A stretch of 36,072 nucleotides of DNA. It comes from Octopus bimaculoides. Lineage: Eukaryota. Below are positions 1-10,791 of the stretch, piece by piece; position 1 is the first letter of the stretch, and each line of letters starts with the position of its first letter. The stretch lies in assembly GCF_001194135.2 (NCBI RefSeq), contig NC_068981.1, positions 89,520,476-89,556,547 of the forward strand, read 5' to 3'. Below the pieces are notes generated by a model. That model ran no database searches, was not told the DNA's origin, and was given only the letters and a program-made list of their open reading frames with translations. Both the position numbers and the translations under genes were made by a program.

Positions 1-243
1 GTACATAGACACACAGATACAGATGCAAACACATGTACAGATAGGGATACATAGCACAGAAAGACAAGATGGAATAAAAGGGACAAGACAAGTGAGAGAA
101 GAGAAGACACAGAAGTTATTGAAGAAGTCAGAGGTCGTTTCACATTGGTTCAGTCCACTTACTTTCAAATGGGTCACACTGCAATGGACTATCCTTCCAA
201 TCAGGAGGAATGTTGCCCATGTCGGCTATTCAATGGGTTGGCA

Positions 244-517
244 TCATTCGAGGGCGGAGGGGGAGAGAGGCAAGGGGAGGTGGTTAGATGAAGAGGGATG
301 AGAGTAGATTAATCCCTGTTCACGGCGCAAACGGGAGTCTGGATAGCCCCTGTGCAAGGACGATCCAAACACGGACAGGTGTTGCTGCGAGGAGTGACCG
401 GTAGAGCGGAAATGGCGTGACACCGGGGTGTCATTGCAAAGGTGGATGTCTCGGAGGTGTTCCGCGAATCGGTCGGAAACGGCGGCGCCCTGTTTGTTCG
501 ATGTACAGAGAATGGTA
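244..517 (-). mobile_element. Penelope-like retroelement, GIY-YIG endonuclease C-terminal fragment (frameshifted), running into a pyrimidine-rich 3' tail
   Basis: Minus strand reads SLYIEQTGRR, then after a frameshift DRFAEHLRDIHLCNDTPVSRHFRSTGHSSQQHLSVFG...REQGLIY. This matches the PLE GIY-YIG pattern YIGxTxRxLxxRFxEH...PVxxHF...E..LI. A SINE begins at ~516. Confidence 0.85.
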
Positions 518-690
518 TACATATATACGACGGGCTTCTTTTAGTTTCCGTCTCCCAAATCCACTCACAAGGCTTTGGTCGGCCCGAGGGTATAGTAGAA
601 GACACTTGCCCAAGGTGCCACGCAGTGGGACTGAACCCGGAACCATGTTGTTGGTAATCAAGCTACTTACCGCACAGCCACTCCATCGCC
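516..690 (-). mobile_element. tRNA-derived SINE family A, 5' head
   Basis: Reverse complement begins GGCGATGGAGTGGCTGTGCGGTAAG (A-box-like) and contains GGTTCAGTCCC (B-box-like). Highly similar to copies at 2631, 25930 and 29579. Confidence 0.85.
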
Positions 691-704
691 TACTCACTAA
701 TTGA

Positions 705-958
705 ACGGAGGCCATGTTGGGGCACCTTCTTGAAGGGTTTCAGTCAAGCAAATCGACCTCATTAGTTATTATTTTTAAGTGTGGTATTTAGTCTGCCGGA
801 GATGTAAACAAACTAAGATCGGATGTCATGCGATGAGAAGCAAACACAAGCTCAAGGACCACACGGACACACACATACATGTATACATGCATACATACAT
901 GTATACACACACACATACACGCATATATAGATATATGTGTGTGTGTGTACGACAGGCG
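705..958 (-). mobile_element. SINE family A, degenerate 3' half plus central microsatellite
   Basis: gccatgttggggcacc...aaatcgacc matches the reverse complement of the tail at 4650-4858; it is followed by a CA/TA tract and gtacgacaggc. Confidence 0.55.
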
Positions 959-1455
959 TCAACACTGTGTGTGTGTGATTAAAAAGTAAAGGTTTCATCT
1001 ATCTGTTAATGCCAATACTTTAAAATTTAATTTTACATATTTAAAATTATTTAAGAAAGATTACGTAAAAAAAGTAAACTAGCAACTCAATTATCTATTA
1101 GCATAAAGCTTCAATTCATTTAAAAATATTATAATCCAGTAGAATTTCTCATGCTTCCAATCACCCACCGGATGGCAAAAAGGTCAATTAGTTCAGTTTT
1201 CTCTCTACTTTCCCCAACTTTGAAACACATAAGAAAAACATTATCATTCTTGGAAAAGAAAAATCTAAGCTTAAGCTGAAAATCGAAACCGAATCGGGCA
1301 ACAAGGAATGTCATCGTTATTTTGATTAAAAGTATTATGAATAGTCTGAGTGAATGACGAGATGACCCATTTTGAACAAAGTTTTCTGTTTTTCATGTCT
1401 GTTAGTTTGTCAGTATAAGAACACATTTTCTCAGCTTTGAAATGCTATTTTCTAT

Positions 1456-1573
1456 TATAGGCTCAAGGCCCGAAATCTTTGCGGAGTGGGTCAGTCGATT
1501 AGATCGACCGTAATATGAAACTGGTACTTAATTTATCGACCACCTGAAAGGATGAAAGCAAAGTTGATATCAG
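1456..1573 (-). mobile_element. SINE family B fragment
   Basis: gtcgattagatcgacc...ctggtacttaatttatcgacc...aaagcaaagttga is shared with the copies at 5566 and 19445. Confidence 0.65.
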
Positions 1574-1989
1574 TAAGGACAGTAAAGCTGCATGACTGAC
1601 AGAAAATGTACGTTGTTATATACATTTACTTAATTTCGTACGCTCTCAATGAGCTTCAAAAGTACGTGATTACCGAATTTTCTTCCAAACTTTAAAAAGA
1701 ATTTCGACTTCTTTCTCAACGTCGATGGCTTTAATAGCCCTTACTAGATGAAAGTGTTGGAAGGGGATTTCCAAAGTTATATGTACGTTTCTCATGTCTT
1801 ACTACTTCAAAACGGTGCATCGTAGAGGAGAAATTATTTTCATTTTCAGACTTCCCATATCTCAAAGCATTCTACTTTTTTCACGGTAAACGGTGACAAT
1901 GAAACACTCGGGAATACCCTAATCTCAGTGGGTGGGGTAAGGTAGACTGCATACCCAAGCTTCCTAGTCACCCTTCGCCACTGATATCT

Positions 1990-2130
1990 GTGTGGGAATG
2001 GATGTGTGTGCGTGTGTGTGTGTGTGTGAGTGAGTGTGTGTATGTTGTGTGTGTTGTATGTGTATGTGTGTATGTATGTGTGTGTGTGTGTGTGTCTGTG
2101 TGTCTGTGCGTGTGTGTGTGTGTACGTGTC
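1990..2130. repeat. compound (GT)n microsatellite
   Basis: Visible directly in the sequence. Confidence 0.95.
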
Positions 2131-2134
2131 TTTA

Positions 2135-2345
2135 TGTCTGTTTATCTCCCAGCACTACTTCACAATCGTTGCTGATGTGTTTACATACCCGTAATTTACC
2201 GGTTCGGTAAAGAAAACCGACAGAAGAAGTAAGAGGTATTAAAAAGAATATACTGGGATTGATTAATTCGGCTAAGATACTTCAAAACAATACCCCAGCA
2301 TTGCTACAGTTTAAAAAATTAAACAAGTGAAAAATAAAAAATATA
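2135..2345 (+). mobile_element. SINE family A, degenerate 3' half
   Basis: gtgtttacatacccgtaatttaccggttcggtaaag...ccccagcattgctacag aligns loosely to 4650-4858. Confidence 0.55.
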
Positions 2346-2630
2346 ATATATAAATGTGTGTGTGTTTGTGTGTTTGTGTGGAGAGAGAGAGAGAGAGCAT
2401 GTGCACCTGCAAATATACTTCTGGGCGATTTGGAATTTGTGTGCGCTTCTGTTGGTGCTCATTAGCGTGTGAAATTTCTTTTTGGTTCATTTGGATTTTC
2501 TTTAAAGCTTTCCGTGACTATAATTAAACGCATCGAAAGAATGCCATTGCGAACTTGTGAAGCGTAAGAGTTTTCTGTGCTCAAAACTTGTATTTTATAT
2601 ATACATAGTTAGGTGCACACACACACATCT

Positions 2631-2790
2631 GGCGCAGGAGTGCCTGTGTGATAAGTAACTTGCTTACCAACCACATAGTTCCGGGTTCAGTGTCACTGCG
2701 TGACATCTTGGGTACGTGTCTTCTACTCGGGTCAACCAAAGCCTTGTGAGTGGATCTGGTAGACGGAAACTGAAAGAAGCCTGTCTATAT
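2631..2790 (+). mobile_element. SINE family A, 5' head
   Basis: GGCGCAGGAGTGCCTGTGTGATAAG...CCGGGTTCAGTG...CAAAGCCTTGTGAGTGGATCTGGTAGACGGAAACTGAAAGAAGCC, the same family as 516-690. Confidence 0.85.
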
Positions 2791-3083
2791 CATGTTCGTG
2801 CTACCTCGGTAGTCAAGGTAGGCAGTGCCTACCATGAATGGAATAGATCGATAGTGACTTTTTGCTTTTATGGCAAAATTTGCATCTAATTCAGTAAAAT
2901 TATGAAGGTTTATATTATTATTATGCATAAATTGCGAAATACCTTTTTTTCTGTAGATTAGGTAGGCCCCTACCTTTCAATCTCACTATTAAAACTAAGT
3001 ATAGTACTGCTGTAGTACACGTGCTGCGTACATTCCTATAACAACGTTTTTTTTCCGCGCTATTAAGACAGAAGTAAGTCTAC

Positions 3084-3648
3084 GGATCTTTTTTAAAACG
3101 GGGGCCACATTTTTCATTGATGTTTTACGTAGTGTTTTTGGTACCGAAAGACTTTCAAACTTCGTATATTTATCTATTTTGTGTTATAGAACAGAAAAAT
3201 ATTTTTGTATTCGAATTTATTTCATGTAAAAAATTGTCTTATTTCGATAATTTCAACCAATCACTGACAAGTATTCATTTGTTTACATTTACTCCTTTGG
3301 CTGATTAAGCGGTGTAAAGCGTATTTAATTTCCATAGCTTCGTTTTGCTTTTTTCTTTTTAAATTTGCTGTTTTACCCTAACCCTAACCCTAACCCTATC
3401 ACCGATAGAATTGTTTCATAATCGTTTGTTTATGTAGTCGGCACTTAATGTATATCGGCTGAATGGACGTCAGTGATTGGTTGAAATTACAGAAATACGA
3501 CAACTTTAACATGGAATAACTTAGGGATTTCTTTTTTTTTTAAGAAGACTAAGAGAAAAAGATGTTTTATATGACACATTCTACCAGTGTTCCAAGTTTC
3601 AAAGTGTTTCGTTAATGAAAAATGTGGCCCCCGTTTTAAAAAAGATCC
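3084..3648. mobile_element. non-autonomous foldback DNA transposon (MITE), Merlin- or Mutator-type ends, with internal (CCCTAA)n
   Basis: Perfect 35-bp terminal inverted repeat GGATCTTTTTTAAAACGGGGGCCACATTTTTCATT. An 8-bp target-site duplication AAGTCTAC lies at 3076-3083 and 3649-3656. An inner inverted pair atttcaaccaatcactgac / gtcagtgattggttgaaat is also present. Confidence 0.9.
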
Positions 3649-4033
3649 AAGTCTACCTCCAACTCAGTCGAGCGCCTGTGTTTCACTTAATCTTTTGTGT
3701 ATTTTACTACATAAACGTCACCAACTACCTACTCTGAGTTATTACTCACGGCACATCGCTGGTATACATACATACATACATACATACATGCACACATACA
3801 TATGCTTAAAGCTAGAACATCCCAATGCTACACATATATACACCCGAAGAAAACCCCCCTAAAAAACATGTTTTATACAAATGAACAAGCTGTTTGTACA
3901 TTCAGGTAATTTTGTTTGACAAGTTCCAGAAATGAATGAAAGCGCGAAAAATAATGAAGAAATAAGATTTTTTTCCAAAAGTCTGACGACTTTTTGTCCC
4001 AATATTCAATTTCTGCACATCACACCTAACATT

Positions 4034-4104
<71 letters not shown>

Positions 4105-4117
4105 GAGAGAGAGAGAT

Positions 4118-4413
4118 AAAAAAATTAATAAAGGTACTCAGAAACCTGGATGTTTGTACATTTACAGTATCCTTTGTTTGTAGGTCTGGTACTGATGCAT
4201 CCATTCTGATGTCTTGTACATCCAAGTAAATATATTTGAAGGTTTGGAGGTGATGTACAGAAATTATATAGAAAAAAATTAATTAAGGTACTCAGAAACC
4301 TGGATGTTTGTACATTTACGGTAACCTTTGTTCGTAGGTCTGGTACTGATGCATCCATTCTGATGTCTTCTGAGTACCTTAATTAATTTTTTTCTATATA
4401 ATTTCTGTACATC
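4118..4413. repeat. ~100-bp direct duplication plus 46-bp perfect inverted repeat abutting a gap
   Basis: 4118-4216 is repeated at ~4271-4369. 4252-4297 is the exact reverse complement of 4368-4413. Confidence 0.85.
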
Positions 4414-4649
4414 NNNNNNNNNNNNNNNNNNNNNNNNNNNNNNNNNNNNNNNNNNNNNNNNNNNNNNNNNNNNNNNNNNNNNNNNNNNNNNNNNNNNNNN
4501 NNNNNNNNNNNNNNNNNNNNNNNNNNNNNNNNNNNNNNNNNNNNNNNNNNNNNNNNNNNNNNNNNNNNNNNNNNNNNNNNNNNNNNNNNNNNNNNNNNNN
4601 NNNNNNNNNNNNNNNNNNNNNNNNNNNNNNNNNNNNNNNNNNNNNNNNN

Positions 4650-4858
4650 GTGTGTCTCTTTTTGTATCCTCGTCATCGCTTGACAATTGATGTTGGTGTG
4701 TTTACGTCCCCGTAACTCCGTAACTTAGCTTTTCGGCAAAAGTGATCGATAGAATAATTACTAGGCTTACAAAGAATAAATCCTGGGGTCGATTTGTTCG
4801 ACTGAAGGCGGTACTCCAGCATAGCCGCAGTTAAATAACTGAAACAAATAAAAGATAA
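4650..4858 (+). mobile_element. SINE family A, 3' half and tail
   Basis: tgtttacgtccccgtaac...ctggggtcgatttgttcgact...GGCGGTACTCCAGCATAGCCGCAG...CTGAAAC...AAAAGATAAA; its left part joins the family A head through a microsatellite in the copy at 25876-26088. Confidence 0.8.
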
Positions 4859-4875
4859 ATATATATACATATATA

Positions 4876-4986
4876 TTCTTCTTCTTCTTCTTCTTCTTCT
4901 TCTTCTTCTTCTTCTTCTTCTTCTTCTTCTTCTTCTTCTTCTTCTTCTTCTTCTTCTTCTTCTTCTTCTTCTTCTTCTTCTTCTTC
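4876..4986. repeat. (TTC)37 microsatellite
   Basis: Pure trinucleotide run; it is the source of the poly-Lys ORF. Confidence 0.98.
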
Positions 4987-5236
4987 ATCATCGTCACCTT
5001 CTTCTGACATACTGTATTGAAATCAATATGTAAGTCATTATATCCTGCACCTATGTTATAGAATCCAGGCAATGATGTTAAATAAGATAACATTCGAAAA
5101 GATACTAACTACGTTCTGACTCTATCAAGCTATGTATGTAATGGCCGAATAAACGTGTAAGGGAATAAACGAAATAGAAGGAATTTGAAAGATTGGTGCG
5201 AAAGTCGAGTGAAGTAATGAAGTGGTATATAAATGA

Positions 5237-5459
5237 TACGAGGGGGCTGATGAAAACTTGCTGGCTTTGGGTAAAAGAAAATACAGGAGGTCCAGTTGAT
5301 TATATTTTATTCAGCATATCCTCTCTCAGACTGACACACTTATTGCAGTAGTCATTCAGTTTTTCTAAGCCCTGTAAAAGAACTCGGAACTTTGGGCTTC
5401 CAACCAGGTTTTTCGCGACATCCTTAAAGCCAGGAACTTTTCAGCGCCCCCTCCTCGTA
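5237..5459. mobile_element. mariner-type MITE
   Basis: Left end TA-CGAGGGGGCTGATGAAAACTTGCTGGCTTT; the right end reverse complement is TA-CGAGGAGGGGGCGCTGAAAAGTTCCTGGCTTT. TA target duplication, no coding capacity. Confidence 0.8.
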
Positions 5460-5565
5460 CGATTATCATCAACGACTGAAAGACGAATTAATACATTTAC
5501 AAATAGTTTAAGATGACATGGAGTATATCAAAGCTTGCCGAATTAATGCTGATTTAAAATTTTGG

Positions 5566-5752
5566 CACAAGGCCAGCAATTTAGGGTCGAGGGTAAGTCG
5601 ATTACATCGACCCTAGTGCTCAACTGGTACGTATTTATCAACGCCAAGAGGATAAAAAAAACAAAGTCGATTTCGGCGGAATATGAACTCAGAACGTGAA
5701 GACGGTGAAGTGCAGTTAAGCATTTTTCCTGGCGTGCAAACGAATCTGACAG
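5566..5752 (-). mobile_element. SINE family B (tRNA-derived)
   Basis: Reverse complement has CTGTCAGATTCGTTTGCACGCC (A-box region) and GAGTTCATATTCCGCCGAAATCGAC (B-box region); similar to 19445-19665. Confidence 0.75.
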
Positions 5753-5774
5753 ATGGCCTCCCTTTGGTGAAGTA

Positions 5775-7640
5775 ATATTCGGCATGAGTGAAAGGCAAAA
5801 CCTAGATTGGTTCAGTGCTGGGCTCTCAGAGCTGGAACTAGTTATCGAAGCAAAGCGCGCAGCTCTGATGCAATACAAGAGTGATCCTTCTACAAATCAC
5901 TCGAAGAACTCAGAAAGGCAACAAATAAAACCCAATTTACGTTGTGCAAATAGGTATTGACAGGAAATCTTTCAGAGTATCCAGTCAACTGCTGACAGTG
6001 GCGACACCCGTGGGATGTATGCTGGTTTGAAGAAGGCCCTCTGTCCATCCGAAACCAAGCCAGCCCCTCTGAAATCAACTACTGGAGATCTCATCAAAGA
6101 CCAATGCAAGCAAATTGATAAATGGGTGGAGTACTACCAGGATCTCTACTCACGGGAGACCACGGTCGCTGAGGCTGCAATCGAGGGTGTCAGGATCTTG
6201 CCAGCCATGTGAAAACTTGACAGTCTGCCGTCTATAGCAGAGCTCACCAAGGCTATTGACTCCCTAGCCAGTGGCAAGGCTCCGGGAAAAGACTGCATCC
6301 CCTCAGAGATCATCAAACCCAGCAAAAACACTGATCTGCTTCAGCACCTTCATGAGCTTCTGTTTCAGTGCTGGGAAGAGGTTACAGTCCCTCAGGATAT
6401 GCTGGATGCTAACATCATTAGGCTTTACAAAAACAAAGGTGAGCGTGGCGATTGTAACAATTACCGAGGAATAACTCTTCTCAGCACAGTTGGAAAGATC
6501 TTTGCTCGTGTTGTCCTGTCCAGGCTACAATTGCTTGCTTCTCGAATTTATCCAGAATCGCAGTGTGGCTTTAGAAGAAGCAGATCAGCTATTGACATGC
6601 TATTCTCCATACGCCAACTTCAGGAGAAGTTCAGAGAGCAGAAAATGCCATTATATATGGCCTTCATTAATCTGACAAAGGCCTTTGACTTGGTAAGTAG
6701 AAGTCCTGCAAAGGCCCATCAACTGCTTTGAACAAGCATGCAGCAACTTTGACTTAGTTATCAGCCTCAAGAAGACCAGCATCATGGGTCAGGCTACATT
6801 GGACATCCCAAACATACATATTAGAGACCACAGACTACAGGTGGAGAAGTTTACCTATCTTGGCTCTACCGTCACCTACATCCTATCCTTTGATGCCGAG
6901 CTCAATATACCCATTGGCTAGGCAGTTGCTGTGATGGCCCAACTCTCCAAACGGGCATGGGACAATAATAAGCTGACCAAGACCACAAAAATGAAGATTT
7001 ACCAGGCATGTGTACTTAACACTCTACTGTATGGCAGTGAGACCTGGACGACATACACACGCCAAGAGCGTCGCCTAAATATCTTTCACCTGTGCTGCCT
7101 CCAGAAAATCCTTGCATCAAATGGCAGAATCGTGTTCCCAACAAAGATATCCTCAAGCAAGCAGGAATGCCAAGCATGTTTGCACTCCTCACAAGACATG
7201 TTAGTCGTATGGAAGATGGCAGAATCCCCAAGGACATACTCTACGGAGAGTTTCCTAGGGCACTAGGTCTGTGAGAAGACCGTTCTTACGTTTGCAAAAG
7301 GGACATGAAGGCCTGCGACATCAATATTAGCAACTGGGAAGCAGCTGCCAGCAATCGTGGAGATTGGTGTCGCACCATAGAAGAGGGAATACAAAGGAGT
7401 GACAGAGGGTAAGAGTAGAAATGGAAAGACAAGAAAAGATGTCAACAAGGAATTATGACATTACAACCAGCCAGGCAAAGTCTTCGCTACATTTGCGGCT
7501 CCCGTCAGAGGGAGTGTTTGTCCTGGATAAGACTACACAGCCACAGCAGGAGATGTATTAGGACATGAAATGTAAAAACCGGACTAGATTATTTCATGCG
7601 CAACTCCATTGTCTCCTGAGACATAAAAGATGCCAGCAAT
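5775..7640 (+). mobile_element. RTE-clade LINE, 5'-truncated and decayed, with an internal deletion of the RT catalytic core
   Basis: Peptides: DWF...EAKRAAL; GKAPGKDCIPSEI; LYKNKGERGDCNNYRGITLLSTVGKIFARV; PESQCGFR; AFINLTKAFDLVSR; ISLKKTSIMGQ; FTYLGS; KIYQACVLNTLLYGSETWT; RMEDGRIPKDILYGE. RTE-type 3' tail CCATTGTCTCCTGAGAC...GATGCCAGC. Stops and frameshifts throughout. Confidence 0.95.
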
Positions 7641-7786
7641 TCCGTATTATAGGTGTGAAGATGGGACAAATGCCATACTGAAATATACTATGGAATTTAT
7701 CTTCTATATTTCACTTGTTTCAATTATAGAACTACAACCACGCTGTTTCACTGTCTTGAAATGTTTAGTTGAACAAATCCATCCCA

Positions 7787-8742
7787 GGAATCTTTCTGAT
7801 TTGGCGGGCACCATTTTTTATTTGTTTTATTTAGTGTGTTTTCTACCGAAACACTTTAAAACTTCGTATACTTGTATATTTTGTCTAATAGAACAGAGAA
7901 AAAGTTTTATATTCAAAGTTATTTCATGTTAAAAGTTGTCGTATTTCGGTAATTTCAACCAATCACTGACGTCTATTGAGGTGGAAACAATTTCTGCTAT
8001 GGAGTGTCAACAAAACGTTGTGCGGTGTAATGGGATCTTTTCCCTTGAATAAAAGTAGTGCCGTTGTTTGTCAACAACAACTATCGGTGGTACTATTATT
8101 TATGACATCGTTCGTGCGTTTGTNNNNNNNNNNNNNNNNNNNNNNNNNNNNNNNNNNNNNNNNNNNNNNNNNNNNNNNNNNNNNNNNNNNNNNNNNNNNN
8201 NNNNNNNNNNNNNNNNNNNNNNNNNNNNNNNNNNNNNNNAGGGTTAGCGTTATGAGATTTTTGCCAAATTTGGTGAAAATCTGTTCAATACACCACCACA
8301 AATTTTTCACTAAATTTCGCAAAAATACTCATAACGCTAACCCGAACCCTAACCCGAAAACCCTAACCCTAACCCTAACCCTAAAACCCTAAGACTAAAA
8401 CCAGAACAAACGCACGAACGATGTCATAAATAACAGTACCGCCGATAGTTGTTGTTGACAAACAACGGCACTAATTTTATTCAAGAGAAAATATCCCATT
8501 ACACCGCACAACGTTTTGTTTACATTCCACGGCAATAATTGTTTTCACCTCAATAGACGTCAGTGATTGGTTGAAATTAACGAAATACGACAATTTTAAC
8601 ACGAAATAACTTTAAAAAGATAGAATTTTCTCAATAACACTAAGAGTAAAAGATGTTTTATATGACACATTCTACCAGTGTCCCAAGTTTGAAAGTGTTT
8701 CGTTAAGAAAACAAGTGGCGCCCTCCAAATCAGAAAGATTCC
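7787..8742. mobile_element. foldback MITE related to 3084-3648, nested palindrome with central telomeric hexamers
   Basis: Termini GGAATCTTTCTGATTTGG / CCAAATCAGAAAGATTCC. Flanking direct repeat (CC)ATCCCA on both sides. Arms ~7930-8123 and ~8405-8610 are near-exact reverse complements. Inner hairpin at 8240-8343; (CCCTAA)n-like run at 8338-8392. Confidence 0.85.
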
Positions 8743-8899
8743 ATCCCAGTACTTATTTATTTTTTTAACGTTTGTTAGTTACACTATCGCTAAGTTACGG
8801 TCGTGTAAACAGAGCAGCACCAGTTATCAAGTGGTTAGGGGACAAAGATGATGACACAAATACAGATGTGTGTGCGGGTGTGTAGGAGTATCTACTTGA

Positions 8900-9135
8900 G
8901 GTCCCTTCTCGGAGAAGTACGCTTTCCAGCTCTTACGTTTTATTAGCTGTTCCGTTTTTCCAATGAGCTTTTTTACATATATTTTCTTTAGAGGTATGAG
9001 AATATTTTTCATTGAGTACGGCAGGTGGTAATTCTCCATGCTGACATTCGAGTTTTTTTATAGAGCTCATTAAGGTGTAGGAGCGAAATATAAAAAATAT
9101 AAAAAATATAAGAAATATAAGACACTTTATGCCTG
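8900..9135 (-). mobile_element. Penelope-like element, N-terminal ORF fragment
   Basis: YSMKNILIPLKKIYVKKLIGKTEQLIKRKSWKAYF resembles the PLE N-terminal motif YSxKNIPIPSxxxYxxxLIxKxExxIKRMRWKAxF (recalled pattern, not a search result). Confidence 0.65.
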
Positions 9136-10087
9136 CCAAGCTCGCTCAGGAAGCATTGTCACCAGAAGTTACAGTTTAAGGCATTTGCCTACGGTTTCGT
9201 ACACTGGGGCTAAACCTGAAACCACATGGTTGCAAAGCGAGTTTCTAAGTGTCACTTTTCAGCCTGCATATCTGCAGACATGAATGTGCAAAATTATGAA
9301 GTAACTACAAATAGAATTTGTGTATTTCGAAATAGTTTAAAAGAGGATAAAATATATCAAGTTCTGATGAAGTAATATGAAGAATAAATATGCTGTATTT
9401 ATCATTGTGAGTTGAAGATACAAATGTCATACTACAATAGAATATATAGTATGATAACGAAATGAAAACTGTTCATTTTTTATTTTTTTTTTNNNNNNNN
9501 NNNNNNNNNNNNNNNNNNNNNNNNNNNNNNNNNNNNNNNNNNNNNNNNNNNNNNNNNNNNNNNNNNNNNNNNNNNNNNNNNNNNNNNNNNNNNNNNNNNN
9601 NNNNNNNNNNNNNNNNNNNNNNNNNNNNNNNNNNNNNNNNNNNNNNNNNNNNNNNNNNNNNNNNNNNNNNNNNNNNNNNNNNNNNNNNNNNNNNNNNNNN
9701 NNNNNNNNNNNNNNNNNNNNNNNNNNNNNNNNNNNNNNNNNNNNNNNNNNNNNNNNNNNNNNNNNNNNNNNNNNNNNNNNNNNNNNNNNNNNNNNNNNNN
9801 NNNNNNNNNNNNNNNNNNNATGTGAACATTAACAGGAACAATAGCAGCAAATTATATGATAAGAATACATTAGATGAGACATCACTAAATTATATTGAGA
9901 TGCAACTATAGTAACAAATTACATAAGAGCAATATAACATCCCAAGACTAATCGCTAAAATATATATTGGGATGTTCATTTTCAGAAGCCTTTTTTGGGT
10001 CAGGAAAATAAAACGTGGATAGCATCTTTAAGGCGAATACATGAAAAAAAAAAGTTTAATAAAAACTTGGAATTTTTTTTTTAGGTG

Positions 10088-10712
10088 TAGCTGGTTGGCA
10101 GAATCATTAGAGCATTACACAAAATGCCTTACGCTGTGGTGTTAGTATTACATTCTATACTCAATTCATATCAAGTTCAACTTTGCTCTTAGTCTTTTAG
10201 GGTCGATAAGATAAGGTCCTATTCAAGTACTGGTGTCTATATGATCGGCTAACCCACTCTCTTCGAGACTACTAGCGTTGTGCCTAAATTCGAACTCATT
10301 AGACTGGCCTAAATCAGAATTCATTAGACTGGCAGAATCGTTAAAGCTCCGAGTAAAATGCTTTACAATATTTTGTAATGGCTGTTTTAAGTTCTGAGTA
10401 CAAATCCGACCAAAATTTACTTTGTCCTCCTTTCAGTGTCAACAATATAATGTACCAGCTAAGCACTACGATACATCGTATCAACTAAATTTTCACGTTA
10501 ATATTGCAGCTCCTGTGCCGTAGGGAGGAGCAGTTATTACGGAAGCTGATCTAGTAGAATCGTTGGAGCGTCGAAAAACAAGCATTGTGATATTTCCGCC
10601 GGCTCTTATGATCTGAGATAAAATCCCTACGGGATCAACTTTGCTTTTCATCCTTTTGAGATCGATAAAAATAGTACCGTCCAAGGACTTCGGTTGATGG
10701 GGTTGACTAACT
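10088..10712 (+). mobile_element. cluster of three degenerate SINE family B copies
   Basis: Three successive heads: tggcagaatcattag (~10096), tggcagaatcgttaaag (~10330), tagtagaatcgttggag (~10553). Each is followed by ctttg...gat(c)gataa/gtacc-type body motifs. Confidence 0.6.
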
Positions 10713-10791
10713 TATTCCATGCAAATTATTGACATTTTTACCTAAATTGAAATTCGTCATCATCGTTATCCTTATCATCATCATCACCATC

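Noticed and set aside
4767-5093. Poly-lysine ORF
   Set aside because: It is the translation of a (TTC)n microsatellite.
8338-8392. CCCTAA repeats read as a chromosome end
   Set aside because: They are short, interstitial and internal to a MITE with TSDs.
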